Notes: generated by a model not told the origin, from the sequence alone. Numbered from the stretch's first letter, positions 47,409 through 54,736 are shown. The stretch is DNA of 64,000 nt from a virus (IMGVR_UViG_3300018878_000133:1-64000), one strand, 5' to 3'. Made by a program: numbers and translations.

Positions 47409-47480
47409 GCGGGTGGTCGTTGGTTCGAATCCAACCATTTCATCTGTTAGGTGAAATGTAGCTCAGCGGTAGAGCACCTT
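47409..47480 (+). ncRNA. permuted tRNA-like element (T-arm + 3' acceptor strand joined by a 5-nt loop to 5' acceptor strand + D-arm)
   Basis: 'GTTGG-TTCGAAT-CCAAC CATTTCATC tgtta GGTGAAATG TAGC-TCAGCGGTA-GAGC'. GGTGAAA pairs with TTTCATC (one G-U) across a closing loop; no anticodon arm. Confidence 0.4.
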
Positions 47481-47569
47481 TTAGCTAGTCCAAATATTTT
47501 TAATAATTTATTAAATTATTAATTTAATAAGTGCTAAATTTATAAAGAACACATTGTATAATAAAATAC

Positions 47570-48230
47570 GTTAGGTGCCACGAAGCGTTGGTTTAGGCTG
47601 TGATTTAAGGTCAACGCCTAACTCTAGCGAAGAAGCAGCAGTGGTAAATGGAGTGTGATGAACAGCCTTAAATTGGTTTGTAAGTGTTGAAAACCTTTCA
47701 ATGAGATAAGTAATGCTTATGAGATTGATAAAAAACTTAAAAAAATAAATTCGGTTGAACTCCGATATGTCTATGAGGATGCACTGTGGAATAGATGATT
47801 AGTTGGATGCTCCGTAAGGGTCATTACAAGGTCATTTCCTCATAGATGAACCGCCCGCAGGCCATTAACTAGCATAGGCCGTTCCGTTTTATTATTGGCG
47901 GATGATTAAGGACAGTAGGGACAACTTCGCCTGCCGAGAGAATGAAGCTCGCTCAGGTAAAAGCCATAAGCTATCTGGTAACAGAACGTGGAATTAATGA
48001 TGAGAGATAAGTTGTCAGATAATCAGTGGGAAAGATTATCATTTATTCCGTAGTGAGTATAAAGCCATATTAGAATACGCTACAACGTACAACTTTGGAA
48101 ACGGACGCCTGTACAGCGTGACCCAAAGGTAGCAGAGTTTAGGCATAATAGTTTAATGGTAGAACACGGCCGAGTGTTGGGCTGGGTGGCGGTTCAATTC
48201 CGAATGTTGCCGACCAAAAAGAAAAACTCT
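47570..48230 (+). ncRNA. ORF-free GC-elevated structured segment (candidate large ncRNA/intron-like element)
   Basis: ~660 nt with no ORF >=60 aa in any frame. TGTATAAT promoter at 47565; long-range inverted repeats (GCGTTG...CAACGC; TCTATGAGGA...TCCTCATAGA); contains a tRNA-like 5' half (GGCATAATAGTTTAATGGTAGAAC) near its end. Confidence 0.35.
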
Positions 48231-48437
48231 TAAAAGTATTTAGATATGAAAAAGCAAGGTAAACGAATTAGATGCTGGTCACAAGAGTTAATGATAGAAG
48301 AAAGACCGTTGGAAGTGGTTGCAAACGCGAAGCCAACCCTTGCTCCTAAAGGTGAGAGTCCTTTAGCGGAAAAAATATTTTTAAAATTTTTTTAAAACAC
48401 TATAAATTTTAAGTAATTAGATTGTATAATATAACGC

Positions 48438-48458
48438 ATAGAGCCAATGCTTATTTCT
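48438..48458 (+). repeat. repeat family copy 4 (TAGAGCCAATGCTTATTTCT)
   Basis: Preceded by TTGTATAAT (48422-48430) and followed by TTGGCCTTTAT. Confidence 0.5.
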
Positions 48459-48505
48459 GCTGAATAGCGATCATCTTTTAAATGAATTTAGCTTGGCCTT
48501 TATAT

Positions 48506-48644
48506 GCGGGATTGGCGGAATAGGCAGACGCAAGGGACTTGCTTGATGACATAGTGTCTATCTAGTAGGGGCAGTACCTACATCAAGTACCAAAAATCCC
48601 TCGGTAGTGATACCGTATCGGTTCAAGTCCGATATCCCGCACCA
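48506..48644 (+). tRNA. tRNA-Leu-like gene with ~52-nt insertion in the anticodon loop
   Basis: Acceptor GCGGGAT/ATCCCGC + ACCA; Leu-type D-arm TGGCGGAATAGGCAGACGC; long variable hairpin CGGTAGTGATACCG; T-arm ATCGG-TTCAAGT-CCGAT. Anticodon stem AGGGA/TCCCT encloses 59 nt, including a 7-bp hairpin CTTGATG...CATCAAG. Confidence 0.5.
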
Positions 48645-48727
48645 GACCTTTATGTTTTTCAGTTTCTGTTGAATGGGTTAAATAGAAACGACCGTTTTGC
48701 TAGTTTTAAGTGCATAAACTAGTTTAT

Positions 48728-48804
48728 GGACCATTAGCTCAGTTGGTTAGAGCTCCCGGCTCATAACCGGTCGGTCCTAGGTTCGAGTCCTAGATGGTCC
48801 ACCA
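48728..48804 (+). tRNA. tRNA-Met (anticodon CAT)
   Basis: GGACCAT-TA-GCTC-AGTTGGTTA-GAGC...CTCATAA...CTAGG-TTCGAGT-CCTAG-ATGGTCC-A-CCA; clean cloverleaf. Confidence 0.85.
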
Positions 48805-48809
48805 TATAT

Positions 48810-48897
48810 ACGCCATTAGCTCAGCGGTGAGGGCACTGGTCTTATACACCACGGTAATCTTCGGGATTGCGAGGTTCGACTCCTCGATGGCGTACCA
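48810..48897 (+). tRNA. type-II (long variable arm) tRNA with apparent TAT anticodon
   Basis: Acceptor ACGCCAT/ATGGCGT, D-arm GCTC-AGCGGTGA-GGGC, anticodon arm CTGGT-CTTATAC-ACCAC, 17-nt variable hairpin with TTCG loop, T-arm CGAGG-TTCGACT-CCTCG, ACCA. Confidence 0.55.
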
Positions 48898-48965
48898 AAG
48901 AGTGAGAATTTAGAGGTAACGATGTAGCACACTCTTCTATGAAAAAAGCAACCTTCGTTACATAT

Positions 48966-49117
48966 GGCGCGTTGGTCAAGCGGTTAAGACACCGCCCTTT
49001 CGTTAGATTAGCCAAAAGGTAAGGCAGGCCACTAGAGATAGAGGTTATGTGTCAGTTCGAGTCTGACATCTAGCACCAACGGCGGTATCACGGGTTCGAT
49101 TCCCGTACGCGTCACCA
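48966..49117 (+). tRNA. tRNA-Glu-like gene (anticodon-loop CTTTC..AC) interrupted by a 77-nt tRNA-shaped insertion
   Basis: Outer gene GGCGCGT-TG-GTCAAGCGGTTAAGAC-A-CCGCC-[..]-GGCGG-TATCA-CGGGT-TCGATTC-CCGTA-CGCGTCA-CCA. Insert 49012-49088 has its own acceptor GTTAGAT/ATCTAGC, D-arm GCC-AAAAGGTAA-GGC, T-arm GTCAG-TTCGAGT-CTGAC and terminal ACCA. Confidence 0.5.
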
Positions 49118-49270
49118 CAGGGGTTATAATTAGTGGATAAGGTTCCCCAGCAGAAAAATGCCCATTCCATAGGATAGTAACCTTAATTTATAGAAGTAGT
49201 TTATTCATATGGTCACAGTGCCGCGGGCAAGGTTTAAATGAAAATATAAATTAAAATAACTTTTATTTAT

Positions 49271-49347
49271 TGGGCAGTAGCCAAGTCGGTAAGGCAACGG
49301 ACTTTGACTCCGTCATTTCGCTGGTTCGAGTCCAGCCTGCCCAGCCA
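49271..49347 (+). tRNA. tRNA-Gln (anticodon TTG)
   Basis: TGGGCAG-TA-GCC-AAGTCGGTAA-GGC-A-ACGGA-CTTTGAC-TCCGT...GCTGG-TTCGAGT-CCAGC-CTGCCCA-G-CCA. Confidence 0.8.
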
Positions 49348-49354
49348 AAATTGT

Positions 49355-49444
49355 GGAGGAGTACTCAAGCTGGTCGAAGAGGACGCACTGCTAACGCGTT
49401 AGGCCCGAAAGGGTGCGGGAGTTCGAATCTCCCCTCCTCCGCCA
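49355..49444 (+). tRNA. tRNA-Ser (anticodon GCT)
   Basis: GGAGGAG...CTGCTAA loop, long variable arm TAGGCCCGAAAGGGTG, T-arm GGGAG-TTCGAAT-CTCCC, CTCCTCC-G-CCA. Confidence 0.8.
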
Positions 49445-49467
49445 AATTATTTATTTAGAGGTACTTT

Positions 49468-49638
49468 ATGAAGGTAAAGTTACAGTGCCCAGAATGTAAT
49501 CACGAATGGGAATCTAATTATTGGAAATGGATCTTGAAAGCTCCTTTTCATGAATTTGTGTTTTTCCGAATGAAAGACTATAGAAGAACAAAATGTCCTA
49601 AATGTGGTAAAAAGTCTTGGATAGCACGAACTAGATAA
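49468..49638 (+). CDS. small zinc-ribbon protein (56 aa)
   Basis: MKVKLQCPECNHEWESNYWKWILKAPFHEFVFFRMKDYRRTKCPKCGKKSWIARTR; RBS AGAGGT 6 nt upstream. Below the 60-aa cutoff of the ORF track. Confidence 0.45.
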   Translation: MKVKLQCPECNHEWESNYWKWILKAPFHEFVFFRMKDYRRTKCPKCGKKSWIARTR

Positions 49639-49640
49639 TA

Positions 49641-49715
49641 TCTGCGTAATAGTTTAACTGGTAAAACACCTGACCTAATCTGTTGGGAGACACGGTTCGA
49701 GTCCGTAAGCGTAGT
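49641..49715 (+). ncRNA. tRNA-like element with good D- and T-arms but unpaired acceptor ends
   Basis: TAGTTTAACTGGTAAAAC D-arm, CTGAC-CTAATCT-GTTGG, ACGG-TTCGAGT-CCGT; 5' TGCGTAA and 3' AGCGTAG do not pair. Confidence 0.35.
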
Positions 49716-49926
49716 GCTATATAGTATTTTAATAAGTTCCCACTGGGTGGACTGGGGCGGGAATATCGTTGGACGTGAGAATCAGCTAATCGTCACCAGG
49801 GAGTAGAGTAGCCGTGCCCCTGTATTGATACTGGTAGTGCTTTATTGATAAAAGATAAACGTATTGTTAAAGGATGCTACACTGGTAATCTGGTGAACAA
49901 TGTAAGTAGTCCACGGTGAATTTTAT

Positions 49927-50000
49927 AGGTCGTTGGTGTAACGGTAGCATGACTGGCTCCAACCCAGTTGGTCAGGGTTCAAATCCTTGGCGGCCTGCCA
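49927..50000 (+). tRNA. tRNA-Trp (anticodon CCA)
   Basis: AGGTCGT/GCGGCCT acceptor (2 G-U), ACTGG-CTCCAAC-CCAGT, CAGGG-TTCAAAT-CCTTG, G-CCA. Confidence 0.75.
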
Positions 50001-50346
50001 TTAATATAATCTTTCTGAGGCGGCAGAGTACACTTAAGAGACGAAGCAATGCCAAAGGGCCCCCGAACTGTGGTGGAAGAAGTAAAGGCTGAAAAAATGA
50101 TCGGTACCACGAGAGATTCCCGCTGACTTGTGTTACAGTGGTGAGACTGAACGCCGACCTTCACAAGAGGTACCTAACGGGTTAGTAAGCAAGAATCGGG
50201 TCCAGGATGAGGAGTGGCTACGCAGACCAACTTAGTAATTTATCATACCATGCACGTCCCCGTATGGAGAGTGCTAAATACATGGTCGTAAGTGAAAATA
50301 GTGTCTAGGCGTAGAGTAAGAAAGCTTATATTATTTTTTAACTATA

Positions 50347-50420
50347 TATGCGGAGATAGTTTAATTGGATAGAACGCCGGCCTTTTGGTCGGAAGTATAG
50401 GTTCAAATCCTACAACCGTA
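50347..50420 (+). ncRNA. tRNA-like element with 6-nt 'anticodon' loop and unpaired acceptor
   Basis: GCGGAGA-TA-GTTT-AATTGGATA-GAAC-G-CCGGC-CTTTTG-GTCGG...ATAGG-TTCAAAT-CCTAC-AACCGTA; 5'/3' ends not complementary. Confidence 0.35.
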
Positions 50421-50736
50421 ACATAAGGACATCCTTCCTGATATTTAAAAATCACACAAATGGATCGAAGCTTAACGTAATCGGAGCGTACGGTGTTAGT
50501 CACACAAATCTTAAACGTATGACTGGTTTCTATGAAGGGTAAAGAGATAAAGGTTTCCCTTAATCTGGACCGACCAGAGTAGATGTGATACTACATAAAC
50601 AAAAGCCTAACCTGATTTGATTTATGTCAGTCAAGGGGTCGACTCAACTGCAGAACGAGTTACTCATAAATCTTTTTCTTTATAAAATAAATTCTTAAAT
50701 AAATTCTTGATGCTCTGCTGCGACATAAAGATGTTT

Positions 50737-50760
50737 TGTACTGTATAATATTAGTACAGT
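50737..50760 (+). promoter_or_regulatory. extended -10 promoter (TGTATAAT) embedded in a palindrome
   Basis: GTACTG-TATAATAT-TAGTACAG: inverted repeat flanking the -10 element, ~45 nt upstream of the 50803 ATG. Confidence 0.5.
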
Positions 50761-50802
50761 CAATAAAATTCTAATATCTTTATGTATCGAAGGGAGTAAA
50801 TA

Positions 50803-51567
50803 ATGAGTATTATTTTTAAGATGCTGAAGTATCTGAAAAACTACAGTAATCTTATAAAAACGTGCACAATTATTGCACTTGTGATTATAGTAGCTATACA
50901 AGCTATTAGTTTTACTAGTCACAGATCTTCATATAAAGAAGAAGTATCGGTATTACAAACAGAACTTGATTCTTTAAGAAAACAAAATGAAGAGTTAGAA
51001 ACAAAAGTGTCTGAGCAAGAAGAGACACTTGTTGAGAATGAGAAAGTCCTTCTTGACAAGGACGCACAAATCCAAGAGCTTAAAAAAGAATTACAGGAAA
51101 CTAAGAAGGTCGTTTCACAACAGAAGCAGATAGTTTCAAATTCTTTTAAGGCTGATGGTAATTATAACCAGGCTACTAAGGTATGGAAATCATTAAAAGC
51201 TTTAGGTCTTAATGATTACGTGTGTGCAGGTATCATGGGTAATATTATGGCAGAAGTTGGTGGTCAAACGCTTGATATTTCAAGATGGCCTCAGTATAGT
51301 CAAAAAACTTATTATGGTATTTGTCAGTGGGCTGGCAGTAGGAAACAAAGACTTCTAAATGATTTTGGCACAACACTTGAAGACCAGATAAGGTTTTTAT
51401 CTGTTGAATTGTTTGAAGTAATTCCGAAAGGCAATTCTTTCTATAATATGCAAGATGAAAAAGAAGCAGCATTGTATTTTGCAAAATATTATGAGAGATG
51501 TGGGTCTGGATCTTATGGCGTGAGACAACAAAATGCTACAAAAGCATTACAGTATTTCGTGAAGTAA
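50803..51567 (+). CDS. membrane-anchored coiled-coil protein with phage tail-lysozyme-like domain
   Basis: N-terminal TM helix (CTIIALVIIVAIQAI), Glu/Lys/Leu coiled coil, then 'CAGIMGNIMAEVGGQ...YGICQWAGSRKQ' paralogous to the domain in the 40592 ORF; RBS AAGGGAG. Confidence 0.6.
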   Translation: MSIIFKMLKYLKNYSNLIKTCTIIALVIIVAIQAISFTSHRSSYKEEVSVLQTELDSLRKQNEELETKVSEQEETLVENEKVLLDKDAQIQELKKELQETKKVVSQQKQIVSNSFKADGNYNQATKVWKSLKALGLNDYVCAGIMGNIMAEVGGQTLDISRWPQYSQKTYYGICQWAGSRKQRLLNDFGTTLEDQIRFLSVELFEVIPKGNSFYNMQDEKEAALYFAKYYERCGSGSYGVRQQNATKALQYFVK

Positions 51568-51964
51568 GAAAAAGACAGATATGTTTAACAAGTATTAAAA
51601 ATAGTAAAACATATTTAAGAATGAGTGTCAAGCTAAGAATTTAATTTATAAGAATATTATAGCCAGCTATCTATGAGTTGGCTATATTACATAAATTAAT
51701 TTACAGAAAAAATAAGATTTTTATAAAATATTTAAATTTTTTACTGTATAATATTACATGGTAATTTTTACCATTGTTTTGTGAATAGCTTTATTAATCA
51801 TATGCATTCCCCTTTCAATGATACATATGATACAAAGCAACAAAGTCCAAACGGTGAAAGCCCGACAAGACTTGAGAGAAAGAGCTTGGCAATTTTTAAA
51901 ATTCTAATTTAGATTATACGCTAAATTAGATATAGAATAAAAATAATTTAAGGAGATATTAGCT

Positions 51965-52082
51965 ATGAAAAAGTCAGTTAATTTTAATTATAATTCACTA
52001 ATTAAAACAGCTGGCGGAGCTATGCCTAAATTTGATTATTCAAGACCACCAGAGTGGCGTCATTGGTTATTCAGTGAGTAAA
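51965..52082 (+). CDS. small hypothetical protein (38 aa)
   Basis: RBS AAGGAG; terminated by the hairpin at 52101. Confidence 0.3.
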
Positions 52083-52100
52083 AATACTCGATAATCTAGT

Positions 52101-52141
52101 GACGCTTATAATGATTAAATTCATTTAAGCGTCATTTTTTA
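52101..52141 (+). terminator. rho-independent terminator
   Basis: GACGCTTA-...-TAAGCGTC followed by ATTTTTT. Confidence 0.65.
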
Positions 52142-52212
52142 TGCTTAAAATATTTATAAAATTTGTTAAAATATATAAATTCGTATCGTATAATAAATAT
52201 GTAATTAAATAT

Positions 52213-52290
52213 GAAGTGAAAAGGGACTCATAAGGCTGACAAAAAGTGTAGGCACTGAGGTTAGTTCGACTCTAACTCACTTCCACAAGG
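52213..52290 (+). ncRNA. D-arm-less tRNA-like element
   Basis: Acceptor GAAGTGA/TCACTTC, T-arm GTTAG-TTCGACT-CTAAC, internal 'CTCATAA' (Met-anticodon-loop-like) but no D-arm or anticodon stem. Confidence 0.3.
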
Positions 52291-52468
52291 TTAAGAGATA
52301 AGCCAAGATGTTTTTGCAAGAACGTCAAAATCTCCTGAGAGACGCGAAACTCCGAAAGTACAACACACTACAATGTATGGACGAAAAAGCCTTCAATGGT
52401 ATTCTGCAAGAAGTAAAATACAGAATCAGACTTATTCATTAGTGTGATGTAGATAAGTCATTTAATAT

Positions 52469-52551
52469 GCGGGCGTGGTGGAATGGCAGACACGATAGAT
52501 TTAGGATCTATTGCCAAAAGCGTGCAGGTTCAAGTCCTGTCGCCCGCACCA
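52469..52551 (+). tRNA. tRNA-Leu (anticodon TAG)
   Basis: GCGGGCG...ATAGA-TTTAGGA-TCTAT, variable arm TGCCAAAAGCGT, GCAGG-TTCAAGT-CCTGT-CGCCCGC-A-CCA. Confidence 0.8.
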
Positions 52552-52726
52552 AATGGTACCATTAACCGAAAGTCCAGACCGTTAAAGGAGTCGGCGAACG
52601 GGAAAGATATAATAATAAATCAAACTCCCGCCTGGCACGCGGACGGAATCTTTCTAGAAAGTCAAGGCCTCATGAACCTTGTGTCCGCAACCAAAAACAA
52701 TGCGGTATAGTTACCGCTTTATATAT

Positions 52727-52802
52727 GCGCCATTAGCTCAGTAGGAAGAGCAAAGCACTTTTAATGCTTAGGTCCCGCGTTCGAGCCGCGGATGGCGCAC
52801 CA
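52727..52802 (+). tRNA. tRNA-Lys (anticodon TTT)
   Basis: GCGCCAT-TA-GCTC-AGTAGGAA-GAGC-A-AAGCA-CTTTTAA-TGCTT-AGGTC-CCGCG-TTCGAGC-CGCGG-ATGGCGC-A-CCA. Confidence 0.85.
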
Positions 52803-52812
52803 AACCTAATAT

Positions 52813-52910
52813 CACGATATAGCTTATGTGGTAAAGCATCCGAATCCCAGGAAAAAGACCAAGATTGATTTCTTGAAGATAAGTAGGTTCAAGTCCTGCT
52901 GTCGTGTCCA
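52813..52910 (+). ncRNA. over-long tRNA-like element (~97 nt) without a canonical anticodon arm
   Basis: Acceptor CACGATA/TGTCGTG + T-CCA, D-arm GCTT-ATGTGGT-AAGC, T-arm GTAGG-TTCAAGT-CCTGC. The 44-nt central region forms CAAGA-TTGATT-TCTTG instead of a 5+7+5 anticodon arm. Confidence 0.35.
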
Positions 52911-53240
52911 AGAGGTTGAGCCCCTCTGTACAAGGCTACCACGTGTTCCTACGAAAGTGGAGAGTTTTGAAAGTGATTTATCTATAAAACTTTCCCCCTT
53001 ATAGTTCTTACTGCTTGTTCATCTAAGTTTGGGGTCAATAACTTAATCTAAAGTGTAAGTAGCGGAATTAATTTACTTCCGAAAATAGGATAAGGAAACC
53101 GGTCCTGTAAATTAATTTTTTAGATGAGTATACAAGAAGTCAAAGTAAGGGACCGTAATCTCTACTGATTAACCTTAGTATACATGTGGGTTATACAGTT
53201 TCGTTGGTGCAACTCCAACCTCATCTGTTTTATTTTATAT

Positions 53241-53326
53241 GGAAAGATATACCGTAAGTGGTAGCGGGGCAGACTGTAAATCTGTTGCCTCAGGCTCGGG
53301 TGGTTCGACTCCATCTCTTTCCACCA
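53241..53326 (+). tRNA. tRNA-Tyr (anticodon GTA)
   Basis: GGAAAGA...GCAGA-CTGTAAA-TCTGT, long variable arm, GGTGG-TTCGACT-CCATC-TCTTTCC-A-CCA. Confidence 0.75.
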
Positions 53327-53434
53327 CGTTGCCGTTTGTAGCAAATAGTCGTTGGGTCAGAGGTAGTAATCAGCCGGCTTAGATTATTATCGTAACGAGA
53401 TTCGCGGTTGAGGGACCTTAACTTCGCCAAAAAT

Positions 53435-53510
53435 CTAGGTGTAATTCAGTTGGTAGAATGCTTGATTTGGGATCAAGATGCCGCAGGTTCGAGTCCTGTC
53501 ACTTAGACCA
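53435..53510 (+). tRNA. tRNA-Pro (anticodon TGG)
   Basis: CTAGGTG-TA-ATTC-AGTTGGTA-GAAT-G-CTTGA-TTTGGGA-TCAAG...GCAGG-TTCGAGT-CCTGT-CACTTAG-A-CCA. Confidence 0.8.
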
Positions 53511-53773
53511 GAAGGGCAGAGAGCAAATGTCCGCCAGCCCTAGTGCTTAAATGAAAGTAATTACTAAGTAAATCTTGCTGCGCATATAGATTGAAAACGT
53601 TATTAGTAGTTGAAAGCAGGTCAAGAGAGGCGAGATGTGTGGTTCTAGGGAATCCTTAACCTATTTATATGTACAGTGCCTACGAGTCAGTAAAGAAGCC
53701 GCAATTAGTGGTAGCCCAGTGTGTGGAGTGACTTTTAGCTGTGAGAGCTATCGGGGTCAACACTGTATAACAT

Positions 53774-53850
53774 GCAGCACTGGTGTTTAATGGCTAGCAT
53801 CTCTGCCTTCCAAGCAGATGGTACGAGTTCGAGTCTCGTGTGTTGCTCCA
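53774..53850 (+). tRNA. tRNA-Gly (anticodon TCC)
   Basis: GCAGCAC...TCTGC-CTTCCAA-GCAGA...ACGAG-TTCGAGT-CTCGT-GTGTTGC-T-CCA. Confidence 0.8.
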
Positions 53851-54081
53851 CTTGTAGGTAGCTCCTACTGATTTGAGCGGTTTGCTTGCCCTCAAAAAGA
53901 ATGAAAATGACATAACAGAATAGGTTTTAGTGACGTAATCAGCTGTAATGACGTGCTACTGGCATTATGCGAGACCTTAAAAATTTAACGGTTCGACCGT
54001 TAAGGAAACTACGGTAGTCTGGTATGAAAGGCTATGAACCTGGATGGAATTTATTCTATTATGTAAAAGTATTATTTATAC

Positions 54082-54168
54082 GCACTTGTGGCGAAATTGG
54101 CAAACGCGCTATCTTGAGGGGGTAGTGATCGAAAGGTCTTGTGGGTTCGAGTCCCACCAGGTGCACCA
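54082..54168 (+). tRNA. tRNA-Leu (anticodon GAG)
   Basis: GCACTTG-TG-GCG-AAATTGGCAAA-CGC-G-CTATC-TTGAGGG-GGTAG, variable arm TGATCGAAAGGTCT, GTGGG-TTCGAGT-CCCAC-CAGGTGC-A-CCA. Confidence 0.75.
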
Positions 54169-54202
54169 TAATTTATACTAAAGAAACAATGGAGAATTAA
54201 AA

Positions 54203-54535
54203 ATGGCTATTAAGTATATTACTATTCCAGAAAAGAAAATGACTGTAGGTATTTTGGAAAATACAGAATTTGATGCAGTTCTTGCTATTCAAAAGAAATT
54301 AGAAGGTACTTCACTTGGTTGTACTTGGACTAGCTACTTAATGCCAACAAGTTTTAAGTCTTCTACTGTATGTCATCCTGATGATGAGTTCGATGTTGAG
54401 GTTGGTAAACAGGTAGTTAAAGATAAACTATTGAAAAACTACTATAAGAGTCTCGATAAGAAGTTTAATCAGTTTGAGCAGGATGTTAAAAAGCTCTATG
54501 ATAACTTATTTGTAGACGAAAAGTCGGAGCTTTAA
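54203..54535 (+). CDS. hypothetical protein
   Basis: 110-aa ORF between tRNAs; RBS GGAG 8 nt upstream. Confidence 0.45.
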   Translation: MAIKYITIPEKKMTVGILENTEFDAVLAIQKKLEGTSLGCTWTSYLMPTSFKSSTVCHPDDEFDVEVGKQVVKDKLLKNYYKSLDKKFNQFEQDVKKLYDNLFVDEKSEL

Positions 54536-54647
54536 AATACATAAACCTACTATTGTATGGGTGGTAAATAGCGGTAAGTATATATCGACATAGCCGGTTG
54601 AAAGTATACCGGATATACCAAATAGGTGAGAAGCCTTTTAAATATAT

Positions 54648-54736
54648 GGAGAGGTACCGAAGTGGTTATAACGGAACGGTCTTGAAAACCGTCGACCCGA
54701 AAGGGTCCGTGGGTTCGAATCCCACCCTCTCCGCCA
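54648..54736 (+). tRNA. tRNA-Ser (anticodon TGA)
   Basis: GGAGAGG-TA-CCG-AAGTGGTTATAA-CGG-A-ACGGT-CTTGAAA-ACCGT, variable arm CGACCCGAAAGGGTCCG, TGGG-TTCGAAT-CCCA-CCTCTCC-G-CCA. Confidence 0.85.

Noticed and set aside
49270-49458. 62-aa ORF 'MGSSQVGKATDFDSV...'.
   Set aside because: It spans tRNA-Gln and tRNA-Ser(GCT) exactly, so it is a translation of tRNA genes.
49979-50164. Minus-strand ORFs in the tRNA island (49979-50164, 50695-50922, 51245-51484, 53162-53344, 55272-55472, 57755-57943).
   Set aside because: They overlap tRNA-Trp or tRNA-Tyr leader, the 50803 gene, or GC-rich putative RNA segments. None has an RBS, and all other genes are on the plus strand. Treated as chance frames, although 55272-55472 and 57755-57943 cannot be fully excluded.
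52483-52710. 75-aa ORF starting inside tRNA-Leu(TAG).
   Set aside because: It begins within the tRNA gene and has no RBS. The region downstream is better explained as structured non-coding RNA.
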